Source: Clostridia bacterium | GTDB taxonomy: Bacteria; Bacillota; Clostridia; UBA1381 | Direction: 5' to 3' | DNA length: 64,000 nucleotides | NCBI GenBank assembly: GCA_045658645.1 | Contig: JAZOVJ010000054.1 | Location: 7,805-71,804, forward strand | Shown here: positions 50,986-59,153 of the stretch, piece by piece | How positions within the stretch are numbered: the first letter of the stretch is position 1 | Layout of the letters: every line of letters starts with the position of its first letter | Position numbers and translations under genes: made by a program | The notes under the pieces: generated by a model | What the model saw: the letters and a program-made list of their open reading frames with translations, nothing else | Told to the model about the DNA's origin: nothing | Databases searched by the model: none

Positions 50986-53900
50986 TTATTTTACAGCTGT
51001 TATAGGCTTCAAGCTATTCATATCTTCCCAAATCATAAGTTTATAAGTTGCATAAGCCTTTTTGTCATAGTCGATGCTTAAATCAACCTTACCAGGCTTA
51101 ACAGTTATATCCTTTGGCATAAGCTGAACCATTCTGCCATCACCATCATAGAAAGCGATTATTGCTTTTGCAGATTGTTCTTCATAAGAATTATCAAAGT
51201 ACAATTCACAAGAGAAGTTGGTATCGCCTACAGCCTTATTTGTCGTGATATAATCATCACCTAAAACATAGCCTGTTTCGTAGTTTACGGCTACATTTTC
51301 TATCGTCTGATTACAGAAGTTGTTTTCTGCAGATTTAATGCTGATAGGTGAAATAGATGTGTCTGTAGGGTTCTTATAACGAACCTTGACGGTAAAGAGT
51401 TCACCGTCTGCTACTGCATTGCCTTCCTGATAGCAGAATACAATCAAGCCTTCATCATTTTCCTGACCTAAGTTTGTGCCAAAGTTTTCGGGGTTGATAA
51501 ATTCTGATGGAGCGATGCTTACAATCTCAATGTCATCAGCATCGTAATCAAGTACAAATCTGTATGCCGCAACACCCGGATTATTCTTAATATAAACAGG
51601 AATATCCGCTTCATTTGCATCATTTACCGAAGCGGTACCAATGGTTACTGTTGGTGTTTCCGGAACATCAGTATTCAATGACATCAGCGACATAAGTTCA
51701 ATGCCCGTCCAACCGACAACGTATTGTGCTAATTTTACCACGTCTTTGATATCAACTAAATCGTCATCAGTAACATTTGCAGCTTCCATCTGACGGTCTG
51801 TGAAATCTGCAAGACCTATCATATGTCTTGCAAGTAAGGTTAAGTCATAAATATTAACATCGCCGTCTTCATAGATATCACCGGGCAAAGGTTCTTCAAC
51901 GGTTACTTTTGATGATTCTGTGTAGAGCGCAATGTTTTCGCCTGCTGTGTTGCAGATATCCTTTGCTCCGTATTCGATGGAAATATCAGAGTAATCACCG
52001 AGTTTCGCTGTTTCTGCTACTTTGAAATCAATAGTAAATAATTCGCCGTTAATATCAATATCAGTATCACTATTTGAATACCAAACTACGTTGAATTCAG
52101 TTCTGTTTTCATCATCAAGGTTAGTTGTAAGTGTACCACCAAATTCTTCATTTGCAGTTACAGATACAGGTGTCAAAAGAGTATCATCATAATTAATGGT
52201 AAATTTATATCCTGATATGCCAGGGTTTCTGATGATGTTTACTTTAGCTTTTGCTATTCCTGCTGGGAACGATTTAACATTGTCTACAATTACAGATGGA
52301 CCGGATGCAGATACAACTTTAACAACACATTCATGTGAAAGTCCGTTTGTGGTTTTTGCTTTAATCGTTGCAAAACCCTCGCCAACAGCTGTTATAACAC
52401 CATTTTTGTCAACTGCTGCAACATCATCATTGGATGATGTCCATATCAGAGTGGTTTCAGTTGCGTTTGAAGGTAGCATAGTTGCAGTTAATGCTTTAGC
52501 GTCTTCAGGTGCAAGTGTTATATATGTATCTGAAAGAGTTAGCGAGGTTGGCTCAATCGGTGTAGATTTTACTGTTACATAACAAGTTGCAGTTAATCCG
52601 CTTGAGGTTCTTGCAGTAATTGTTGCTGTTCCTACTCTTTTTCCAGTAACAAGCCCAGTACTTGATACAGTTGCGTAAGTTGTTGACGAGCTTGACCATG
52701 TGATTGTATCTGTTGTATCAAGTGGTAACATAGAAGCACTTAATTGATACGTAGAATTCACATAGGTTGTTATGCGAGGTTTATTCACTGTAACACTTAT
52801 TGAGGGTTGTGTTACTGTCACTGTACACTGTGCAGTTATCCCACTTGTTGCAGTTGCGGTAATATAAGTTATCCCAATTTTATGTGCCGTAATTTTGCCA
52901 TTCTGGTCAACTGTTGCAATACTTTCATCCAAACTACTCCAGGTTATATTGCCTTCATAATCGGAAGGGGATAATGTTGCTGATATAATATCACTACTAC
53001 CAATTTTAATAGATTTGGATGTAGCAGAAAGTGTAATTGAAGCAATAGGAGCGGATACATTAACAAAACATTCCGCTCGAAGATTGCTTTGAGTTGTAAT
53101 TGCATAAATTTTTGTTGTTCCTCTTGCTTTAGCTGTAACATATCCATTTTGATCGACTGTTGCAACTTTTTCATTTTCGGAATACCATTTAACCGTTTCA
53201 TTTGCGGCAGTAGGATTTTGGATTGTCGTTAAACCATAACTTTGTCCTTCGTTTACATTGATTTCAGACTTTGAGAGAATCATTGAAGAAGCAGTTCTAT
53301 AAACATAAACCATACAATTTGCCTTCATTCCATTTGCATTTGTTGCTGTTATGGTGCACGAGCCAATGGAACGAGGTGTTACTATGCCTGTGGATGATAC
53401 CGTTGCAATTGAAGTATCATCACTTGCCCAAGTTACAGATTCTTTTGTATTATCAATGTATGCGTTTAATTGTTCAGTTTCACCTTCATTCATAACAACT
53501 ATACATTTGTTAATGTCTATATGTCTAGGTAAGTCTACTAAGCTTGGAAGTCCATTATTAATATTATCATTAATACACCATTTTTCTTCAGAAAATTTGT
53601 AATTAGATAACGTCATATCATCTATTGAATCATAATATATTGTCGCTTCTTTTGAATCTTTGTGTGGTGATATATCTCCTAAATGATAACTATTAATATA
53701 ATTATTTGATATATTGTCATAGCCTCGTTCAGCATTGTTTTTTCCATAAGATTTAACAATGCCAACATTTATTGAGTTTTCAACTGGCTTTGAGGAAGAA
53801 CTATCGCAATTTACAATTCCACTAGAGTATACTAATCCCTTTGCATAAACCATTCCAGAATTAAAAGAATCACTTATATATCCTCTCTGACTAGTGTGCA

Positions 53901-55068
53901 TATAATCATAGTTCTCTCCGGCTATTCCTCCCACGTATATGCTATATTCAGATGATGTGATTACTATAATCTTTCCAGAATTAAAACAACTGCGTATATA
54001 TCCATTTCTTTCTCCGCCGTTATTACCAGCTATTCCGCCTACAGCACAACCAACTGTTGCAGCACTTTCTATAGTACCAGTATTTATGCAGTTATCAATA
54101 CTTCCGTTATTTAAAACTGCAATACCGCCTGCATCATCTGAACATATTATGTTTCCGTTATTTATACATTTTTGTATAGAACCCCTATTTTGTCTTGATA
54201 TACCTCCTGCGTTTCCTCCTTCAATATTTCCATAACCAACACAATCTTTTATAGTACCGTTGTTCTCAGCACAAATACCGCCTGCATAGTTGTAACCTTC
54301 AACAACACCATAGTTTTCACAATTAATTATAGTACTATTATTTTCTCCACATACACCACCCGTTGTTTTTCCATCTATATATCCGTTGTTAGAACAATTT
54401 TTTATATTTTTTATGTTTTTTCCTGCAATACCACCATTTACTGTTCCAACCACATTTCCCGTGTTCTGAGAATTTAGTATATCTCCTGCGTTGTATCCAA
54501 CAATGCCACCACCTGTTGAGCTAGGAGAGGAAACATAGCAGTTGTTGTATAAATCATCTACTATTCCTAAACTATATCCTACAACACCACCTACATTTAA
54601 GTCAAAACTGTGATAAACTCCTTTTACATTACCACTTACGGAGCAATTGTAAACATTGCTATTTTCTTCAGCATACCCAACTAATCCACCTACATAACGA
54701 TAACCAGACGCATCAACATTGGTAAGATTGAGATTCTTAACAGTACCTTCAAGATAACCTACAAAACCAACATACTTATTTTCGGGTAAATTAATATTCA
54801 GGTTACTGATGGTATATCCTGCGCCATCTATTGTGCCCGTAAATGCGCCTTCGGTTTCGTTGCCGATAGGTTCAAATGCTATACCTGACATATTGATATT
54901 GTTTGTTAGTTTGTAATATCCGTCTAAATCATCATGAATCTTTGCAATATCACTTGCAGATGAAATTAAATATGGGTTTGATTCTGTACCTGTTCCACTG
55001 ATAGCAAATGCAGGAACAGACGCTAAAAGCATAGATATTGTAATTATAATTGATATTATCTTTTTCAT
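50986..55068 (-). CDS. Giant secreted scaffoldin-like protein: signal peptide, GLUG-like Gly-rich repeat region, 5 Big_2 Ig-like domains, cohesin, dockerin, cohesin, C-terminal beta-domain
   Basis: Signal peptide MKKIISIIITISMLLASVPAFA. Repeated GG(I/L/V)(V/A)G units over residues ~125-390. Five modules of ~80 aa with the (V/I)TW(A/S)S(S/D)..(I/V)ATV...G.(V/I)TA...G...ITA signature over residues ~518-918. Cohesin-like modules at residues ~924-1057 and ~1138-1262. A dockerin-like duplicated segment, GDIYEDGDVNIYDLTLLARHMIG...ANVTDDDLVDIKDVVKLAQYVVG, at residues ~1062-1119. AGGAGG RBS. Confidence 0.8.
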   Translation of the reverse strand: MKKIISIIITISMLLASVPAFAISGTGTESNPYLISSASDIAKIHDDLDGYYKLTNNINMSGIAFEPIGNETEGAFTGTIDGAGYTISNLNINLPENKYVGFVGYLEGTVKNLNLTNVDASGYRYVGGLVGYAEENSNVYNCSVSGNVKGVYHSFDLNVGGVVGYSLGIVDDLYNNCYVSSPSSTGGGIVGYNAGDILNSQNTGNVVGTVNGGIAGKNIKNIKNCSNNGYIDGKTTGGVCGENNSTIINCENYGVVEGYNYAGGICAENNGTIKDCVGYGNIEGGNAGGISRQNRGSIQKCINNGNIICSDDAGGIAVLNNGSIDNCINTGTIESAATVGCAVGGIAGNNGGERNGYIRSCFNSGKIIVITSSEYSIYVGGIAGENYDYMHTSQRGYISDSFNSGMVYAKGLVYSSGIVNCDSSSSKPVENSINVGIVKSYGKNNAERGYDNISNNYINSYHLGDISPHKDSKEATIYYDSIDDMTLSNYKFSEEKWCINDNINNGLPSLVDLPRHIDINKCIVVMNEGETEQLNAYIDNTKESVTWASDDTSIATVSSTGIVTPRSIGSCTITATNANGMKANCMVYVYRTASSMILSKSEINVNEGQSYGLTTIQNPTAANETVKWYSENEKVATVDQNGYVTAKARGTTKIYAITTQSNLRAECFVNVSAPIASITLSATSKSIKIGSSDIISATLSPSDYEGNITWSSLDESIATVDQNGKITAHKIGITYITATATSGITAQCTVTVTQPSISVTVNKPRITTYVNSTYQLSASMLPLDTTDTITWSSSSTTYATVSSTGLVTGKRVGTATITARTSSGLTATCYVTVKSTPIEPTSLTLSDTYITLAPEDAKALTATMLPSNATETTLIWTSSNDDVAAVDKNGVITAVGEGFATIKAKTTNGLSHECVVKVVSASGPSVIVDNVKSFPAGIAKAKVNIIRNPGISGYKFTINYDDTLLTPVSVTANEEFGGTLTTNLDDENRTEFNVVWYSNSDTDIDINGELFTIDFKVAETAKLGDYSDISIEYGAKDICNTAGENIALYTESSKVTVEEPLPGDIYEDGDVNIYDLTLLARHMIGLADFTDRQMEAANVTDDDLVDIKDVVKLAQYVVGWTGIELMSLMSLNTDVPETPTVTIGTASVNDANEADIPVYIKNNPGVAAYRFVLDYDADDIEIVSIAPSEFINPENFGTNLGQENDEGLIVFCYQEGNAVADGELFTVKVRYKNPTDTSISPISIKSAENNFCNQTIENVAVNYETGYVLGDDYITTNKAVGDTNFSCELYFDNSYEEQSAKAIIAFYDGDGRMVQLMPKDITVKPGKVDLSIDYDKKAYATYKLMIWEDMNSLKPITAVK

Positions 55069-55081
55069 CTGTTTTAACCTC

Positions 55082-58000
55082 CTATTTCTGTGTTACAGTT
55101 CCTGATACATTGCTATCGTTTTTGTTATATTCGCCATAACAGTTTACAGAACTGCTGAAAGTTATTCCTTTACGGGAATTATTTAATAAATTTAAGTTAT
55201 TAAAGTTTGCACCACTGCAAGAAATGATTTGTGGGGTTTTGCCGATTATATTAACATTCTCAGGCTTATTTACAGTAAGAGAACTACCATACAAATCACC
55301 CTTAATATTAATCGTTCCGCTTCCGCTTAATTTTGTAGAATTCATTACTGCATCACTTCCGAGAGTTAATTCGCCATTAACAATAATATCAGAATAGGAT
55401 GAAATACTTGCTAATTTCTTTACTGTTAGAGAAGAAGTTTCATCAATCTCGATTGTTTTGGAACTTACACTTGCAGTAAGACGCTTATTTATAACAAGTT
55501 TTGCACCATTTATCAACTTGATTCCTGCTGTTATATTTGCGGTATCTACCGCAACAGTACATCCATCTATAATTAAATCTGTTGTCTGATTCAATGTAGA
55601 ATAAGTCTTATTTGATGTAATTACTCTGCCGGAGGATATAATAATTTTTGTGTCATCAACCGTTACACCATTGTTAGAGTAGGTGTCTGCAACATTGATA
55701 TTTGTTTTCAGATTTATTTTGCCTTTTCCATTCAACGTAAGATTATCAGTTGAGATACTGTTTCCACTAATTTCTGTTAATGATGCCGAACTCAAACTCA
55801 AATCATCAATATCAATTGTTCCGTTATTATAAATATCATGCGGCGTTGTGATTGAACCTCCGCTGATAGTTCCAGAATTAACAAATTCTTTATTGGCAGT
55901 TATTAGGCAATTGTTTATTGTACTGCTATTTTGTAGAATGCCTTTTACTGCAATTGGAGTAGAATTACCTGTTATAGTATTACTGTTTGTAAACCCAGAA
56001 TTGCAGATAACTGAGCTGCTTTCGTCAGTTGTTAAAGGAACAGATAGTGTAAATTTGCCATCAACATTCAATTTTGCATTTTCAAGAGTAAGATTTCCGC
56101 TATTAACAGTTAAATATCCTCCAATATCTGTATCTTGTTTTATTGTATTGGTTGCGGATACTATCACATTACCTGTCAATTTTGAGGGCAAATCACAAGA
56201 ACTCTGGATTGTAACATCGCCCTGATATGTATTACTTCCAAATTTACCGCCAGATAAAAGTGTCATCCCTATTCCGGATGTTTTGCCGTAGGTGTTGGTT
56301 AGTGTACCGCTGACATTTACAGTATTTGAAACCTTTACTCCTTTAGGATTGGTATTTGTAAAGTTTGTAGTGTTCAGAGTCCCGTTAATATTCTGTTGCA
56401 GTTTGCCTTGAGTAATGATGTTATTGAAGGTATTTGTACCATTTACAGTGATATCTCCGTCTGAATAATAGGTATTTTCATTTTGCGTAACTGTTCCGCC
56501 AAAATAGGAATCAGCAGTTACTGTTACATCTCCATTTAAATTAAGTGTTCCGCTGCTTTGAGTAAGACCACCAGTAATACTTACATCATCAAGGTTTACT
56601 GTGTTCAGGGTTTTGAGTGTTCCGCCAAATGTCATTGCTCTATCAAGAGTAATTCCATCAAGGGTAAGCCCACTATTATAATGGTCACCTATAATGCTCC
56701 CTGTAGATTTCAGCGTAGTATTTTGACCATTAGTCACTTTTGAAGAGGTATTCTTAACTGTTCCTGAAACATATATTGTTCCTGGCTGATTTGCAGTACC
56801 AGTATTATTGTACACAAGGTTAGTAATATTTAATGCACCACTTAAATTCTGCGTATCACTACCCGAAACACATAAATTTTGAATGACGCCACCGCCACCA
56901 GTGGAGTCACCCTTTAAATATATTGTGCTACCATTGATTGTTCCCTTAACAGATAGATTTTCACAATATATAGGAATTTCTAAAGTCACAGTGCCACTTG
57001 AGTTATCAAAATATTTACATGCTAGATTATCTCTATGGGCAGATTTAAGAGTACCACCATTTAAGTGCAAGGAGTTAATATAAGAGGTATTTGCGCCCAA
57101 TGTAGTAGTACCACTGTTTTGGGTATATTCAGAAATGCTTGTACTACCAGCAAACTGAACCAACCCACCATTATTAACTATATACGGAATATAAGCATTA
57201 GGGATATTATTACTCATAAGAACTTCTCCACCATTATTCACATAAATACCACCTGCAACTCTATATTCAAGTTCTCCGATTCCTCTCGTGTTATCAGCAG
57301 TTGTAAGAATACCATACAAACCGCCTTTAGCATCTTCATAATATATAGTCAATCTTTCACCTTTATTAACAGTTAAACTGTTTGAAGTAAAAGGCATCGC
57401 CGATGCGCCAATTAAAGCATCAACCCTATACTGATAAACAGTACCAAGATAAGAAATTAAAGATTCATCTCTATTAAGTGTTCCACTTGATAAAAGTCTG
57501 CATAATGGAGAATCCCACTGACCTTCTATCATTTTATAAGCAACTGTTTCACCGCGAAGCCTTAATTTTTGAATCATTAACAAGTCATCAAGAACATTCT
57601 CGGCATTTTCTTCAGTTTTGTTTGCAAGATAGGTTTGAACATCTTTATTATAGGTATCAACAGCAACTTTGATTATTTTTTCAAGATATTTTAATTCATA
57701 AGTCTTTTTACAAACATCGCCAAAACTCATAGTTTTATCTGCACACCAAGCAGCAATTTCAACCACGTTAACCGATTTTGCCAATACAGTACTTGCAGCA
57801 GTCTTTGCGAGACCTGCGTTTGAATATTCCCAAGCCATATCAAGATTTTCACATATGAATTTCTCGACATAAGGGGAAACCTTACCAGATACTTTATCTA
57901 TAGCCCAATCTCCAAATTCATTTACAGCACCTGCATTTCTCAAATACTGCATCAGGGTTTCATAACCCATAAGTTTTGCATTACCCGCTTCACCAACTTC

Positions 58001-59056
58001 ATCAGCAAAGGTATTTAATATAGAATTAAGTTGTGTGTTTTTACTGTTATCAGACATTCTGGTAAGAGTGTCGCCAACAGCCTCCTTCTGTGTTCCTATT
58101 GAATTGATAAACATATAGGTAGAAAGAGTTTTTGATACTGTGCTTATAGAAGAACTTGCACTCTTAACAATACCCAAAGTACCATCATCGACAAAGAAAG
58201 TAGGAGCATAATAAACTATATCAGATGATATTTCTGCATTAGCAGATTCAAATCTATCCATTTGAGAAACCATTGCAAGAGCAGTAATAAAAGCAGCGAG
58301 GTCTTCGGCATCATCAGTACCCTGAATATCAGCAAAAGAACCCAAAACACTTTCAACACTATCGGTATAAGGAATAAGGAACTTATTGTAGTAATCCATT
58401 CTGTCATCAAAAGTGTCATCATTCATATGATTAGCAGATGCATCCGCTTTAAAGAAACTTGCAAAATCTTTAAGATTTTTAAGACCTTTATCAAGTCTTT
58501 CAAGGTTTTCTAATTCAATTTCTTTTGTAGAAAGAGTTGTACCATCAGAAGAAGTATAATCGGTTGCAAGAACTTCTTTCAATATACTTTCATACTGAAG
58601 CTCACCCACGCTATATGTAAGGTCATCCATAACAGTTTGAGCATCACTACTGAAGATAGATGCTAAATCTGCCGCAAAGGAAGAAACCCAATCAGTAGCA
58701 TGCTGAACATAGTCATCACCATTATATACTTTTTCCATAATATCCACAGCAAAAGAATACGCAAGATTAAACTCTGGATTATCTGTATTCCGATATTGCT
58801 CTAATAGGTTATCCATCATAGCATTTTCATTACCAATGTTATTAACCAGTGCATGAGGATTTGTAGAGAAGTCTGTTTTATAATTTGTACCGATTAAGGT
58901 ATCAATTACAAACTGCCTGTCCCCATATAATATATTTTCAAGTATTGCCATATTAGGCGAAACATAAGAGGTTGCCGCACTTGAATATATATTAAAAGTA
59001 AACAGACTTGCAATAATACTCAAGACAACAGCAATACTTATAAGTCGTTTTTTCAT
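55082..59056 (-). CDS. Giant secreted protein: signal peptide, ~530-aa helical domain of unknown function, ~760-aa beta-helix-like degenerate repeat region
   Basis: Start taken at MKKRLISIAVVLSIIASLFTF...SSA (GGAGG RBS, ATG 59056). The C-terminal two-thirds consists of degenerate G/N/T/S-rich ~20-25-aa units (..NNGG.L.....T.....N.GT..L..). There is no LPXTG, dockerin, SLH or cohesin motif. It lies 13 nt upstream of the scaffoldin-like gene. Confidence 0.75.
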   Translation of the reverse strand: MKKRLISIAVVLSIIASLFTFNIYSSAATSYVSPNMAILENILYGDRQFVIDTLIGTNYKTDFSTNPHALVNNIGNENAMMDNLLEQYRNTDNPEFNLAYSFAVDIMEKVYNGDDYVQHATDWVSSFAADLASIFSSDAQTVMDDLTYSVGELQYESILKEVLATDYTSSDGTTLSTKEIELENLERLDKGLKNLKDFASFFKADASANHMNDDTFDDRMDYYNKFLIPYTDSVESVLGSFADIQGTDDAEDLAAFITALAMVSQMDRFESANAEISSDIVYYAPTFFVDDGTLGIVKSASSSISTVSKTLSTYMFINSIGTQKEAVGDTLTRMSDNSKNTQLNSILNTFADEVGEAGNAKLMGYETLMQYLRNAGAVNEFGDWAIDKVSGKVSPYVEKFICENLDMAWEYSNAGLAKTAASTVLAKSVNVVEIAAWCADKTMSFGDVCKKTYELKYLEKIIKVAVDTYNKDVQTYLANKTEENAENVLDDLLMIQKLRLRGETVAYKMIEGQWDSPLCRLLSSGTLNRDESLISYLGTVYQYRVDALIGASAMPFTSNSLTVNKGERLTIYYEDAKGGLYGILTTADNTRGIGELEYRVAGGIYVNNGGEVLMSNNIPNAYIPYIVNNGGLVQFAGSTSISEYTQNSGTTTLGANTSYINSLHLNGGTLKSAHRDNLACKYFDNSSGTVTLEIPIYCENLSVKGTINGSTIYLKGDSTGGGGVIQNLCVSGSDTQNLSGALNITNLVYNNTGTANQPGTIYVSGTVKNTSSKVTNGQNTTLKSTGSIIGDHYNSGLTLDGITLDRAMTFGGTLKTLNTVNLDDVSITGGLTQSSGTLNLNGDVTVTADSYFGGTVTQNENTYYSDGDITVNGTNTFNNIITQGKLQQNINGTLNTTNFTNTNPKGVKVSNTVNVSGTLTNTYGKTSGIGMTLLSGGKFGSNTYQGDVTIQSSCDLPSKLTGNVIVSATNTIKQDTDIGGYLTVNSGNLTLENAKLNVDGKFTLSVPLTTDESSSVICNSGFTNSNTITGNSTPIAVKGILQNSSTINNCLITANKEFVNSGTISGGSITTPHDIYNNGTIDIDDLSLSSASLTEISGNSISTDNLTLNGKGKINLKTNINVADTYSNNGVTVDDTKIIISSGRVITSNKTYSTLNQTTDLIIDGCTVAVDTANITAGIKLINGAKLVINKRLTASVSSKTIEIDETSSLTVKKLASISSYSDIIVNGELTLGSDAVMNSTKLSGSGTINIKGDLYGSSLTVNKPENVNIIGKTPQIISCSGANFNNLNLLNNSRKGITFSSSVNCYGEYNKNDSNVSGTVTQK

Positions 59057-59072
59057 TTGATTACCTCCATTT

Positions 59073-59106
59073 AAAAAATGCGTAGCCCGTATTTCAGAGC
59101 TACACA
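59073..59106 (-). terminator. Imperfect terminator-like hairpin between the methyltransferase gene and the first giant gene
   Basis: On the minus strand, TGTGTAGC-N12-GCTACGCA (7 of 8 positions complementary, the eighth a G-U wobble) followed by T6. It ends only ~10 nt before the GGAGG RBS of the 55082..59056 gene. Confidence 0.4.
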
Positions 59107-59153
59107 CGAAAAACATACGTTCTCTGACATAAATCGTTTCTTCATATTTTGGT

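Noticed and set aside
50246-55068. A diversity-generating retroelement (target gene, then avd, then TR, then RT).
   Set aside because: The gene order starts correctly, with a large surface protein followed by an Avd-like gene. But no reverse-transcriptase-like ORF exists in the window. Only 20 nt separate the Avd-like gene from TraX, which leaves no room for a template repeat. The C-terminus of the surface protein does not look like a C-type-lectin or Ig-type variable region. It is kept only as a low-probability remnant hypothesis.
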